This document shows, one piece after another, positions 27,828-37,267 of a stretch of DNA of 64,000 nt. Below the pieces are notes generated by a model, which had not been told where the DNA came from, did not search any database, and was given only the letters and a program-made list of their open reading frames with translations. This DNA is from Candidatus Krumholzibacteriia bacterium (GTDB lineage Bacteria; Krumholzibacteriota; Krumholzibacteriia; JAJRXK01): the NCBI GenBank assembly GCA_041484665.1, contig JBGPIA010000003.1, forward strand, positions 10,229-74,228. The letters run 5' to 3'. The translations under genes and the position numbers were made by a program. Every line of letters starts with the position of its first letter. The first letter of the stretch is position 1.

Positions 27828-27967
27828 CTTCCTGAGGGCCAAGGGCAAGCGCGGCGGACGGGCAGGCGCAGGGGCACCGGCTGCGGATCGCTCCGGGCCC
27901 CAGCGCGGGCGCCTCGCGTGACCTCTGCGCCACGCCCGAGCGCGCGGCGGCGCGGCAACGGCGCCGC

Positions 27968-28618
27968 TCAGCCGTCGCCGCGCAGGCTGGCGATGGTGGT
28001 CCGGTAGTCGGAGCTGCGGAACAAGGCCGAGCCACAGACCAGGATGTCCGCCCCTGCCGCGCGAGCCGGCGCCGCGGTCTGCGGGTCGATCCCGCCATCG
28101 ATCTCCAGAGCGAACTCGAGCCCGTCCTCCTGCCGCCACTGCCGCAGGGTCGCCAGCTTGGACAGCACCGCGGGATCGAACCGCTGGCCGCCGTAGCCCG
28201 GCGGAACCGACATGACGAGGAAGAGATCGCACAGCGGCAGCAGGGGGCGCACGAGGCCGGTCAAGGGCGTCTGTGGGTTGATCACCAGTCCGCCGCGCAC
28301 GCCGGCCGCGCGCAACGCGCGCAGCAGCCCGGCGTGATCGACCTCCACCTCGAGATGGAAGCTCACCGAAACGCCTCCCGCCGCGGCGAAGCGTGGCGCG
28401 TAGCTGGCGGGGTCGGTGATCATCAAGTGACAGTCCAGCGGTAAGGCGCTGCCGCGGGCCACGGCCCGCGCCACGTGGGGACCGTAGGTCAGGTTGTCCA
28501 CGAAGTGGCCGTCCATCACGTCGAGGTGGATGAGGTCGGCGCCCGCGGTCTCGACCGCGCGCAGCTCATCACCCAGGCGGAGCACGTCCGCCGAGAGGAT
28601 CGACGGCGCGACGGCCAC
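27968..28618 (-). CDS. rpe: Ribulose-phosphate 3-epimerase
   Basis: APSILSAD, HLDVMDGHFV.NLT.G, DCHLM, MSVPPGYGGQ, EIDGG. Confidence 0.96.
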   Translation of the reverse strand: MAVAPSILSADVLRLGDELRAVETAGADLIHLDVMDGHFVDNLTYGPHVARAVARGSALPLDCHLMITDPASYAPRFAAAGGVSVSFHLEVEVDHAGLLRALRAAGVRGGLVINPQTPLTGLVRPLLPLCDLFLVMSVPPGYGGQRFDPAVLSKLATLRQWRQEDGLEFALEIDGGIDPQTAAPARAAGADILVCGSALFRSSDYRTTIASLRGDG

Positions 28619-28625
28619 GCCGCGC

Positions 28626-29351
28626 TCAGCCCGAGGACGCTGCCACCAGCTCAAGGCTGCCTCCCACCGGGATCCGGCTGCCCGCCGCCGGCGATTGCTC
28701 CAGGATCGTGCCCGGCGCGGCGCCGCGCTCGCGGCGGTACGTCGCGCGGCGGATCTTGAAGCCGGCGCGCAGCAGCTCCTCCTGCACGGTCTGCAGGCTG
28801 CGCCCCACCAGCGAGGGCACCTTGAAATAGATAGGCGCGTGCCCTTCGCGCAGCAGCACGTCGACCCTGCTGCCGCGCGCTGCACGCGCACCCGCCCGCG
28901 GGTGCTGCGCCACCACGCCGAGCCTGCCCTGGGGATCGAAGCTGCGCGCCACACTCCCCAGGTTGAGCCCCTCGCGCACGAGTGTGATCTCGCACTGGCG
29001 CAGCGTCATGCCCGAGAGGTCGGGCGCCTGGGCCAGCGACTCGCCCTTGCTGACCACTGCACGCAGCGGCCTTCCCTTGCGCACGGAACGCAAGGCACGG
29101 GGTTGCTGCTCGAGCACGACGCCCGGCGGCGTGCCCTCGCGGTAAACCTCCTCGCGCACCTCGAAGAGCAGGCCCAGGCGCTCGACCTGAGCGCGGGCGT
29201 CGTCGACTTTGACGCCGGTGAGGTCGGGAACGAGCACCTCCTGCTGGCGGTGGATGATGTGGGGGAGGACCAGGTAGTTCGCCAGCGCCACCCCCAGGGC
29301 GAACGCCCCGGCCACCAGCAGCACGAGCGTCACCAGCCGCTTGAGCGTCAC
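28626..29351 (-). CDS. Membrane-anchored PASTA-domain protein (3 PASTA repeats, no kinase domain)
   Basis: N-terminal TM helix then VPDLTG, APDLSG, VPSLVG repeats with G.V..Q.P.A motifs. Confidence 0.9.
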   Translation of the reverse strand: MTLKRLVTLVLLVAGAFALGVALANYLVLPHIIHRQQEVLVPDLTGVKVDDARAQVERLGLLFEVREEVYREGTPPGVVLEQQPRALRSVRKGRPLRAVVSKGESLAQAPDLSGMTLRQCEITLVREGLNLGSVARSFDPQGRLGVVAQHPRAGARAARGSRVDVLLREGHAPIYFKVPSLVGRSLQTVQEELLRAGFKIRRATYRRERGAAPGTILEQSPAAGSRIPVGGSLELVAASSG

Positions 29352-30724
29352 GGTGAGCCTCCCCGGCGCCGCAGCACCGCCGCGAACGACCCATCGGTCC
29401 CGTGGCGGTGCGGCCAGGTGCGCAGGCGCCCACCATCGACCACCGCCGAGGGGGCGAGCCCGTCGGCGCCCGTCTCCTCCACGTCGGAGCGCCGCGCCCG
29501 CAGCGCGTCCACCACGTCATCGTTCTCCTCCCGCTCCAACGAGCAGGTCGCGTACACGATCGTCCCCCCCGGGCGTGTCAGCTCGACGGCCGCCTCGAGC
29601 AGCGCCAGCTGCAAGCGCGGCAGCCGCAGCAGGTCCTCCGGCGTGCGTCGCCAGCGCGCTTCGTAGCGCCGGGAGAGCACGCCGGTCCCCGTGCACGGCG
29701 CGTCCACCAGCACGGCGTCATAGCCGCCGTGCAGCGGAGCCTGCCGGCCGTCGGCCGCCACCGCACAGATCGAGCGCGCCCCCATGCGGGCCGCGCCCGC
29801 GACCAGCCGGCGCAGCCGCCGCGGCGAGCGATCGAGGGCGACGATCAGGGCCGCGTCCGCCGTAAGCCCGGCCAGGTGCGTGCACTTGCCACCTGGAGCC
29901 GCGCAGAGGTCGAGGATCCGGTGCGGCTGCGCTGCGGTCAAGAGCGGCGCCACCAGCTGGGCCGCCTCGTCCTGGATGGCGGCGTCGCGCCCGGCCTGCT
30001 CCAGCGCCAGCGGTGCGGGTACGCGCGTCACGACCTCGAGCGCATCGGGACCCCACGGTAACAGCCGCGTTTCCCATTCGAGGGCGGCCAAGCGTCGGGC
30101 GACCTGCTCGCGCTTGGTGTGCGGGGCGCGCAGCGTGAGCGGCGCACGGTGGTTGTTCGTGTCGCACAGCGCCACCACCTCGGAGACCGGCAGCACGTGG
30201 GACCAGCGCTCCACGAGCCAGGCCGGATGGCTCAGCCAGAGGCGGGCGTGGCCCAGCGGATCGGCCTGCGGGTCGGGGAAGCCCGCGTGCACACCTTCGG
30301 AGGCGACCCTGCGCAGGAGCCCGTTGACGAAGCCCGCGGCGTGGGCCGCGCCCATCCGCCGCGCGCAGGCCACCGCCTGGTCCACCACGGCGTAGGCCGG
30401 CGCGTCGTGCTCGCAGAGCTCGTGGAGGGCAACCCACAGGATCGCGCGCACTCTGGGCTGGATCTCGGCCGGGCGGCGTGCGTAGCGCTGCAGGATGGCG
30501 TCATAGCGCCCGCGCAGCCGCACGGCGCCGAACACCAGCTCGCGCACGCGGCGGCGGCGCACGTAGGGCCAGCGAGCAGGCGAGGCGCCCGGGCCCGCCT
30601 CGAAGCCCGCCACCAGCCCGCCGACCGGCGCTGCGGACAGGGCCCACCGCGCCAGTAAGTGGGCGGCCGCCAGACGCGCAGGATCGACCTCCGCGCGGCC
30701 CGAGCGTCCCGGTGCCCCACTCAA
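29348..30724 (-). CDS. rsmB: 16S rRNA m5C967 methyltransferase (NusB-like + MTase domains)
   Basis: LWLSHPAWLVERW, IQDEAAQL, LDLCAAPGGK, LVDAPCTGTG, YATCSL..EEN, DG.FAA; start approximate. Confidence 0.93.
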   Translation of the reverse strand: MSGAPGRSGRAEVDPARLAAAHLLARWALSAAPVGGLVAGFEAGPGASPARWPYVRRRRVRELVFGAVRLRGRYDAILQRYARRPAEIQPRVRAILWVALHELCEHDAPAYAVVDQAVACARRMGAAHAAGFVNGLLRRVASEGVHAGFPDPQADPLGHARLWLSHPAWLVERWSHVLPVSEVVALCDTNNHRAPLTLRAPHTKREQVARRLAALEWETRLLPWGPDALEVVTRVPAPLALEQAGRDAAIQDEAAQLVAPLLTAAQPHRILDLCAAPGGKCTHLAGLTADAALIVALDRSPRRLRRLVAGAARMGARSICAVAADGRQAPLHGGYDAVLVDAPCTGTGVLSRRYEARWRRTPEDLLRLPRLQLALLEAAVELTRPGGTIVYATCSLEREENDDVVDALRARRSDVEETGADGLAPSAVVDGGRLRTWPHRHGTDGSFAAVLRRRGGSP

Positions 30725-31695
30725 CGCCACCCCTCCGACGAAGGCGGGAGCGGCCGCAGCACATCGCCCGGTTGCAGGCCGTGGCCGCGCGCGTAGCTGG
30801 CCGGGTCCATCCAGCGTCCGCCCTCCGGCTGCACCTGACCGATGCGCACAGACCCATCGCCGCAAGCGACGTCCATGCCTGCGGCGTCCAGCTGCAACAC
30901 GGTCCCCGGCGCTGCGTCTTGGCGCGACGGGGTGAGCGGTGCCCGCAGGCGGCGGGTGTGGGCCAGCCCCAGTCGGTGCACGCCGTGAAGCGCGGTGGCG
31001 CGCGGCCACGGATGCAGTGCGCGCACGGTGTCGTGCACGCGCTGTGCGCTCCAGGCGAAGTCGACGGTGCCCTCCGCCTTGCGCAGCGGCGGCGCATGCG
31101 TCACTCCCGCCTGGGACTGCGGCGTCGGCGCCAGGGTGCCCGCCGCCAGCCCCTCCAGCGTGCGGACCAACAGCAGCGCGCCCAGCGCGGCGAGCCGTTC
31201 GTTGAGCTCTCCCGCGGTCTCGTCCTCGCCGATGGGCGCTGGCTGCGCGAGGTAGATGGGACCGGTGTCCAGGCCGGCCTCCAGCCGCATGGTCGTCACG
31301 CCGGTGATGCGGTCCCCGGCCAGGATGGCGCGCTGGATCGGCGCGGCGCCGCGCCAGCGCGGCAGGAGCGAGGCGTGGACGTTCAGACAGCCCAGCGGCG
31401 GCGACGACAAGAGGGGCTCGCGCACCAGATGGCCGAACGCCACCACCACGACGCAGTCGGGCGCGAGCTCCAGGATGCGCTGATAGGTCGGCGTGCGGGC
31501 GCCGCGCTCCAGCATGGCGACGGGCAGGCCGCGCGCGGCGGCCAAGGCCTTCACCGGCGTGGGCGAGGGCTGCTGGCCCCGTCCGCGCGGTTTGTCCGGT
31601 TGGGTGACCACCAGCGCCAGTTCGTGTCCGGCTGCCAACAGCGCTCGCAGCGATGGGCAGGCGAACTCCGGAGTACCGAGCAACACCAGGCGCAC
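30721..31695 (-). CDS. fmt: Methionyl-tRNA formyltransferase
   Basis: GTPEFA, VTQPDKPRGRG, NVHASLLPRWRGAAPIQRAI, GLDTG. Confidence 0.97.
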   Translation of the reverse strand: MRLVLLGTPEFACPSLRALLAAGHELALVVTQPDKPRGRGQQPSPTPVKALAAARGLPVAMLERGARTPTYQRILELAPDCVVVVAFGHLVREPLLSSPPLGCLNVHASLLPRWRGAAPIQRAILAGDRITGVTTMRLEAGLDTGPIYLAQPAPIGEDETAGELNERLAALGALLLVRTLEGLAAGTLAPTPQSQAGVTHAPPLRKAEGTVDFAWSAQRVHDTVRALHPWPRATALHGVHRLGLAHTRRLRAPLTPSRQDAAPGTVLQLDAAGMDVACGDGSVRIGQVQPEGGRWMDPASYARGHGLQPGDVLRPLPPSSEGWR

Positions 31696-31706
31696 GGAAG
31701 CGCCGC

Positions 31707-32225
31707 TCAGGCCGGCTGGGCGCGGCGCGCCAGCTCCCGCAGCTTCTTGGCCAGGAGCTTGCGGCGGACCAGACCCAGGTGATCGACGAACAACACGCCG
31801 TCGAGATGGTCGGCCTCGTGCTGGACAATGCGGGCCAGCAGCCCGTCGTCGGCGAGCAGCTGCTCGCGCCCCTGCAGATCCTGGTAGCAGACGCGGACGC
31901 GCGCCGGCCTGTCGACGTCGGCCGTGATACCCGGCAAGCTCAGGCAGCCCTCGTTGAAGGTGGCGCGCTCGAGGCTGCGGAACACGATCTCGGGGTTCAC
32001 CAGCGGCAGCACCGTGGCCAACGGGCCGCGCCGGTCGCGCGCCACGATCAGGCGCAGGTCGTGCCCCACCTGGGGCGCCGCGAGGCCGATGCCGTTCTGG
32101 TGGGTCATGGCGGCGATCATGCCGTCGACCAGCTGCGACAGGACGCCGTCGAACTGCTCCACCGGCCGGCAGCGCACGCGCAGGCGCGGATCGCCGTAGA
32201 GGAGGATCTCGGGGTCGTCCGCCAT
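31707..32225 (-). CDS. def: Peptide deformylase
   Basis: GIGLAAPQVG, EGCLS, QHEADHLDG. Confidence 0.97.
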   Translation of the reverse strand: MADDPEILLYGDPRLRVRCRPVEQFDGVLSQLVDGMIAAMTHQNGIGLAAPQVGHDLRLIVARDRRGPLATVLPLVNPEIVFRSLERATFNEGCLSLPGITADVDRPARVRVCYQDLQGREQLLADDGLLARIVQHEADHLDGVLFVDHLGLVRRKLLAKKLRELARRAQPA

Positions 32226-32241
32226 GGGCCCTTGCCGCGGG

Positions 32242-32661
32242 CTACTCTTCCGCCGCCCGCACCTGCTCGGCGGCCGTGGCGCCGTTGCCCTTTCCCTGGC
32301 GCCTGGGCGCCTCGCCGCGCTTCTCGGGGGCGCCCGGCTTGCTGGTGTCCACGCGCGTCGCGACCGCCGACTTGGCCAGTTCGACCTTCACGCCGTCGGC
32401 GATGGTCGCCACGATCAGGTTGTCCTTCACGTTGAGGACGTTCGCGTACAGTCCGCCGCTGGTCAGGATGCGGTCCCCTTTCGTGAGGTTGTCGACCATC
32501 TTCTGGTGCTCGCGCTGCTTGCGGGCCTGAGGACGGATGAGCAGCAGGTAGAAGATCACCATGATCACGGCGATCTGAACCAGCAGCGATACCCCCGGGC
32601 TGATCAGGGCGGCCGGGAGGGCGACGAGGGACAGCGAGAGAGGGGAAGCCGCAGGGTTCAC
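32242..32661 (-). CDS. yajC: Preprotein translocase subunit YajC
   Basis: FYLLLIRPQ, L.KGDRILTSGGL; GGAGAG SD before GTG 32661. Confidence 0.93.
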   Translation of the reverse strand: MNPAASPLSLSLVALPAALISPGVSLLVQIAVIMVIFYLLLIRPQARKQREHQKMVDNLTKGDRILTSGGLYANVLNVKDNLIVATIADGVKVELAKSAVATRVDTSKPGAPEKRGEAPRRQGKGNGATAAEQVRAAEE

Positions 32662-32700
32662 GGATCTCTCCAGAAGTCGAGGGGACACCGGGTGCAGCCA

Positions 32701-32729
32701 GTCTAAACGCGCCGGCGAGCCCCAGCAAG
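32701..32729 (-). promoter_or_regulatory. Possible promoter for yajC-def-fmt
   Basis: TTGCTG, 17 bp, TAGACT. Confidence 0.4.
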
Positions 32730-32808
32730 GCCGGCCACAGCAACGCCGGCGCCGCGTGCAGGCCGCGCGCGGCTGGCGCCCGCGGCCAGACTCCAGGGTG
32801 GTTGCGGG

Positions 32809-33975
32809 CTATGCCCAAGGCGTGCTCCCGGCCGCCCACTTTGCGAGGAACTCCCGCGCGAACGCAGCCAGCTGCCGCTGCTCCACGGCCGCGCGGATCT
32901 CCGCCATCAGGTCCTGGTAGAACGTCACGTTGTGCACGGTGCACAGGACGCTGGCCAGGATCTCCCCCGCCATGACGAGGTGGCGCAGATAGGCGCGGGA
33001 GAAGCGGGCGCAGGCCTCGCACCGGCAGCGCGCATCGAGTGGGCGGGGATCGTCAGCGAAACGGCGGTTGCGCAGCGGGAGGCGGCCCTCGCGCGTCAGC
33101 GCGGTGCCATTGCGCGCCATGCGCGTGGGCAGGACGCAGTCGAACAGGTCCACGCCCGCCGCCACGGCCGCCAGGATGTCCTCGGGGAATCCCACGCCCA
33201 TCAGATAGCGGGGCTTGGCCTGCGGCAACAGTGGCGCCGTGATCGCCACGGCCCCCTGCATCTGCTCCTTCGTCTCGCCGACTGAGAGCCCGCCGATGGC
33301 GTAGCCGGGCAGATCCAGCTCGATCAGGGCCGCGGCGCTGCGGCTCCGCAGGGAGGCATCCAGGCCGCCCTGCACGATGCCGAACAGCACCTGCTCGTGG
33401 CCCGCGGGGTGGCGCCGGCGCGCGCCGAAGGCGTCGAGGCTGCGGCGTGCCCAGGCCGTGGTCCGCTCCACGGCGAGGGCGACCTCGCCCTGTGCGGCGG
33501 GCAGTGCCGGGCAGTGGTCGAACGCCATCACCACGTCGGCCCCCAGGGCGCGCTGCACCTCCATGGCCAGATCGGCGGTGAAGCGGTGGGTGCTGCCGTC
33601 GAGATGGCTGCGAAAGGTCACCCCCTCCTGGTCCAGCGTGCGCAGGTCCGCCAGCGAGAACACCTGGTAGCCCCCGCTATCGGTCAGCATCGCCCCGTCC
33701 CAACCCATGAACCGGTGCAGGCCACCCAGGCGCGCGATGCGCTCGTGGCCCGGGCGCAGGTACAGGTGGTAGGTGTTCGCGAGCACCATGCGCGCGCCGG
33801 TGGCCGCAACCTGGGCGGGCGTGAGCGCCTTGACCGCCGCGGCGGTGCCCACGGGCATGAAGGCGGGCGTGTCGATCACGCCGTGTCCGGTGACCAGCCG
33901 GCCCCGGCGCGCCGCGCCGTCCTCGCTGCGCACCTGGAAGGAGATCGCCTCCGCCGCCGCGTCGGTCATGGTCAC
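32809..33975 (-). CDS. tgt: Queuine tRNA-ribosyltransferase
   Basis: TPAFMPVGT, NTYHLYLRPG, LTDSGGYQV, FGIVQGG, GGLSVGE, PRYLMGVG, DCVLPTR, CRC..C zinc site. Confidence 0.97.
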   Translation of the reverse strand: MTMTDAAAEAISFQVRSEDGAARRGRLVTGHGVIDTPAFMPVGTAAAVKALTPAQVAATGARMVLANTYHLYLRPGHERIARLGGLHRFMGWDGAMLTDSGGYQVFSLADLRTLDQEGVTFRSHLDGSTHRFTADLAMEVQRALGADVVMAFDHCPALPAAQGEVALAVERTTAWARRSLDAFGARRRHPAGHEQVLFGIVQGGLDASLRSRSAAALIELDLPGYAIGGLSVGETKEQMQGAVAITAPLLPQAKPRYLMGVGFPEDILAAVAAGVDLFDCVLPTRMARNGTALTREGRLPLRNRRFADDPRPLDARCRCEACARFSRAYLRHLVMAGEILASVLCTVHNVTFYQDLMAEIRAAVEQRQLAAFAREFLAKWAAGSTPWA

Positions 33976-35024
33976 GCCTCCACCGCGGGCTCGATCCAGC
34001 TGGCGTCGCCGTAGCTGTAGAAGCGGTACGCGCCGGCCACGGCGTGGGCGTAGGCCGCACGCCAGCGCTCCCCGGCGAATGCCGCCACCAGCATCAAGAG
34101 CGAGCTGCGCGGGAGGTGGAAGTTGCTCACCAGCACGTCCACCGCGCGGAAGCGGTATCCCGGCCGGATGAACAGCGCCGTTTCGCCGCTCTGTTCGGAG
34201 TCGGCGTTCAGGTCCACCGATTCCAGCGCGCGACAGGTCGTCGTGCCGATCGCCACGACGCGCCCGCCGCGCGCCCGCCGCTCGCGGATCGCGCGCAGCA
34301 CTAAGGCGGCGACGGCGTAGCGCTCGGGGTGCAGCACGCCCTTGGTGAGCTGCTCTTCCTCCACCGGGCGGAACGTGCCGGGTCCCACGTGCAGGGTGAC
34401 CTTGGCCACGGCCGCGCCCGTCGACTCGATGCGTTGGAGCAGCGCCCCGTCCAAGTGCAGGCCCGCGGTCGGCGCGGCGATCGAGCCATCCTCACGGGCG
34501 TACACCGTCTGGTAACGGCTGCGGTCCTGCGCGTCGTCCGCGCGGCAGATGTATGGTGGCAGCGGCACGTGCCCATGGCGCCGGGCGTGCTCCAGCGGAT
34601 CCACGCCCGCAGGGAAACGCACCACGCGGTGGCCGTCGCGCAGCACCGCGGCGACCTCGATCTCCACGTCCCCTTCCAGCCGCGCGCGAGCCCCGGCACG
34701 CATCCGGCGGCCTGGGCGCACGAGCGCGCTCCAGGCGAGCGGGCCGGCGGCGTCGTGGGGCGCCACCAGCAGCACCTCCGCGCTAGCGCCCGAGGGCTGC
34801 GCGCGCCCGAGCAGCCGCGCCGGGAAAACACGCGTGTCGTTGACGACCAGCAGGTCGGCCGGCTGCAGCAGGCGCGGCAGATCGGCCACGGCGGCGTCGC
34901 GCAGGCCGCCGTTGGCGGCCCACACCAACAGCCGCGCGGCGCTGCGATCGGGGAGGGGGCGCTGCGCGATGAGCGCGGGCGGGAGTGCGTACTCGAAGGC
35001 GGATAGCGCGGCGGTGACGTCCAT
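33972..35024 (-). CDS. queA: S-adenosylmethionine:tRNA ribosyltransferase-isomerase
   Basis: LIAQRP, VVNDTRVFPARL, GHVPLPPYI, RYQTVYA, AAPTAGLH, TLHVGPGTF, YRFYSYGDA. Confidence 0.96.
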   Translation of the reverse strand: MDVTAALSAFEYALPPALIAQRPLPDRSAARLLVWAANGGLRDAAVADLPRLLQPADLLVVNDTRVFPARLLGRAQPSGASAEVLLVAPHDAAGPLAWSALVRPGRRMRAGARARLEGDVEIEVAAVLRDGHRVVRFPAGVDPLEHARRHGHVPLPPYICRADDAQDRSRYQTVYAREDGSIAAPTAGLHLDGALLQRIESTGAAVAKVTLHVGPGTFRPVEEEQLTKGVLHPERYAVAALVLRAIRERRARGGRVVAIGTTTCRALESVDLNADSEQSGETALFIRPGYRFRAVDVLVSNFHLPRSSLLMLVAAFAGERWRAAYAHAVAGAYRFYSYGDASWIEPAVEA

Positions 35025-36055
35025 CAAAGCAGGGGCGCTTGCAGGCTCGCAGGCCGCGGCAGCTCCAGGTGCTCGAAGGCGCGGCGCGTAGCCATCCGCC
35101 CCCGCGGCGTGCGCTGCACGAACCCCTCTTGGATGAGGTAGGGCTCGACGACGTCCTGCAGCGTGTCGGTCTCCTCGCCCAGGCTGGTCGCCAGGTTGGA
35201 GAGCCCCACCGGACCGCCGTCGAACGTTGCGGCAAGGCAGCGCAGGTAGGAGCGGTCCAGCGGCTCCAGCCCCAGCTCGTCCACCTCCAGCAGTTGCAGG
35301 GCGCGCCGCGTCACCACCAGATCGACGGCGGGTTGCCCCTCGACCTGTGCGACGTCGCGCACCCGGCGAAGCAGCCGGTTGGCCACGCGCGGTGTCCCGC
35401 GGCTGCGCTCGGCGATCTCGGTCGCGGCCGCCGGCGCGAGGTCCATGTCCATCAGCTGCGCGCTGCGCTTGACGATCATCGTCAGCTCGTCGGCCGGGTA
35501 GAAGTCCAGGTGGAGCACGATGCCGAAGCGACTGCGCAATGCCGGCGTCACCAGCCCCGCCCGCGTCGTCGCGCCGATGAGGGTGAACGGCTCGAGCTTG
35601 AGCTGGTAGTGGCGCGCGGCGGGTCCCTTGTCCACCACCAGCTCCACCCGCCAATCCTCCATCGCCGGATAGAGGTGCTCCTCCACCACGCGGCTGAGCC
35701 GGTGGATCTCGTCGATGAACAGGCACTGGTGCTGCTGGTCGCGCGCCAGGATCGATAGGAGCTGCGCGCCGTTCTGGAACGCCGGCCCGCTGGTCAGGCG
35801 CAGCTCCGCGTCCATCTCCCGCGCGACGATCGTCGCCAGCGTGGTCTTGCCCAGCCCCGGCGGGCCGTGGAGCAGCAGGTGGTCCAGCGGCTCGCCGCGC
35901 CCGCGCGCCGCCTGGATGAAGGTGGCCAACTGCCGCTTGATGCGGTTCTGTCCGATGAACTCCGCCAGCCGCCGCGGCCGCAGCGACCCTTCGTCGGCAG
36001 TCTCCACGGGGTCCGGGTCGGGCCGCGGGTCGGTGATGCGCTGGCGTGGATCCAT
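35024..36055 (-). CDS. ruvB: Holliday junction branch migration helicase RuvB
   Basis: LRP..LAEFIGQ, GPPGLGKTT, FIDEIHRL, GATTRAG, RGTPR, EPYLIQ.G...RTPRGR. Confidence 0.98.
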   Translation of the reverse strand: MDPRQRITDPRPDPDPVETADEGSLRPRRLAEFIGQNRIKRQLATFIQAARGRGEPLDHLLLHGPPGLGKTTLATIVAREMDAELRLTSGPAFQNGAQLLSILARDQQHQCLFIDEIHRLSRVVEEHLYPAMEDWRVELVVDKGPAARHYQLKLEPFTLIGATTRAGLVTPALRSRFGIVLHLDFYPADELTMIVKRSAQLMDMDLAPAAATEIAERSRGTPRVANRLLRRVRDVAQVEGQPAVDLVVTRRALQLLEVDELGLEPLDRSYLRCLAATFDGGPVGLSNLATSLGEETDTLQDVVEPYLIQEGFVQRTPRGRMATRRAFEHLELPRPASLQAPLL

Positions 36056-36119
36056 CAGCGGGCCCTTCCTGGCGATGGCGGCCGCGCGCGGCGCGCGCGG
36101 CCGTGGGAGATTGCGCGGT

Positions 36120-36710
36120 TCAGAATGGAATGCGCTGCAACGCCGCGCGCACGAGCTCCTCCACGCTGCCGTGCCGCTCTGCGCTTTCCAGTCCCGCGAT
36201 CGTAACGCGCGCGCGCTCCGGATCCACGCCCATGGCCGCCAGCGCCAGCGCCGCCTCCTCCTCAGGGCCCGCGGCGGCTGCCGTCACCGCCGCCCGTGGC
36301 ACCGGGAGCCAGGCGGAGGCTTTGTCGCGCAACTCGACGATCAGGCGCTCCGCGGTCTTGCGCCCGATACCCTTGATGCGGGTCAGCCGCGCCGGCTCGC
36401 CGGCGCGGATCGCCGCGAACGCGTCCTCGGCCTCCTCGTCCCCCAGGATCGACAGGGCGAGCTTGGGGCCGATGCCGCTGACGCCGATCAGCAAGCGGAA
36501 GAGCTCGCGCTCCTGCGCAATCGGAAAGCCGTAGAGGGAGAGCCCGTCCTCGCGCGAGATCAGGTGGGTGTACAGCCGCACCGGCGAGCCTATCGGCGGA
36601 AGGCGGCGGCGGGCGCGCTCGGGCACCCACAGCTCATAGCCCACCCCACCCGCCAGCACGATCGTGGGCGGTCCCGCATCCTCCAGCACGCCCTGGATCA
36701 GGGCGTACAC
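36120..36710 (-). CDS. ruvA: Holliday junction branch migration protein RuvA
   Basis: GGVGYE, LYGF, LIGVSGIGPKLA, IKGIGRKTAERLIVEL. Confidence 0.95.
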   Translation of the reverse strand: MYALIQGVLEDAGPPTIVLAGGVGYELWVPERARRRLPPIGSPVRLYTHLISREDGLSLYGFPIAQERELFRLLIGVSGIGPKLALSILGDEEAEDAFAAIRAGEPARLTRIKGIGRKTAERLIVELRDKASAWLPVPRAAVTAAAAGPEEEAALALAAMGVDPERARVTIAGLESAERHGSVEELVRAALQRIPF

Positions 36711-37267
36711 CGGCGCACCTCCCTGGGTTTGCGCGCCACGCGTGGCCGCCCGGCCGCCGGCAACTGTGGCGGTGGCTGCGCGAGCGCCAGCTGCCGGCGC
36801 CAGCCGCCGGCGTGGCAGATCGCTACCGCCAGCGCGTCGGTCGCATCCTGCGCCAGCCCCGCGACCGGCAGTCCCAGGATCCGGCCGACCATACCGGCCA
36901 CCTGCTGCTTGTCGCGGCGTCCGTGTCCGGTCACCGACATCTTCACCTCGGCGGGCGCGTACTCGGCAATCGGCAGACCGCGCTGTGCGAGCGCAAGCAG
37001 GATCACCCCTCGCGCGTGCGCCAGCACCAGGGCGGACGCGGCGTTGCGCGCGGTGAAGATCCGCTCGATCGCCGCTTCGTCGCACGGGTAGCGGTCGAGG
37101 ATCCCGCAAATCGCTCCGTAGAGGCGCTCCAGGCGCTGTGGCAGCGCCTCGCTACGCGGCAGGTCGCACGTCCCCTGCGCTATGGGACGCAGCACGCTCC
37201 CGCGCGCCTCGATCACTCCGAACCCAAGGTGGACGCTGCCCGGGTCGAGGCCGAGGACGATCGTCAT
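36698..37267 (-). CDS. ruvC: Crossover junction endodeoxyribonuclease RuvC
   Basis: LGLDPG, AIERIF, EYAPAEVK..VTG.G...KQQV, DATDALAVAICH. Confidence 0.96.
   Translation of the reverse strand: MTIVLGLDPGSVHLGFGVIEARGSVLRPIAQGTCDLPRSEALPQRLERLYGAICGILDRYPCDEAAIERIFTARNAASALVLAHARGVILLALAQRGLPIAEYAPAEVKMSVTGHGRRDKQQVAGMVGRILGLPVAGLAQDATDALAVAICHAGGWRRQLALAQPPPQLPAAGRPRVARKPREVRRCTP

Noticed and set aside
27828-27967. SRP RNA (ffs) next to ffh
   Set aside because: TCAGGAAG is present but the GNRA-capped domain IV (CAGG…GGAA…AGCAG) is not
30725-31828. N-terminal extension of the 826-aa ORF suggesting a giant RsmB
   Set aside because: Overlaps fmt in another frame; real rsmB starts near 30724-30730
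33972-35726. 584-aa QueA and similarly extended RnhB, RodA, RuvA and RuvC ORFs
   Set aside because: The extensions overlap upstream genes; coupled starts (ATGA, GTGA, TTGA) give normal lengths
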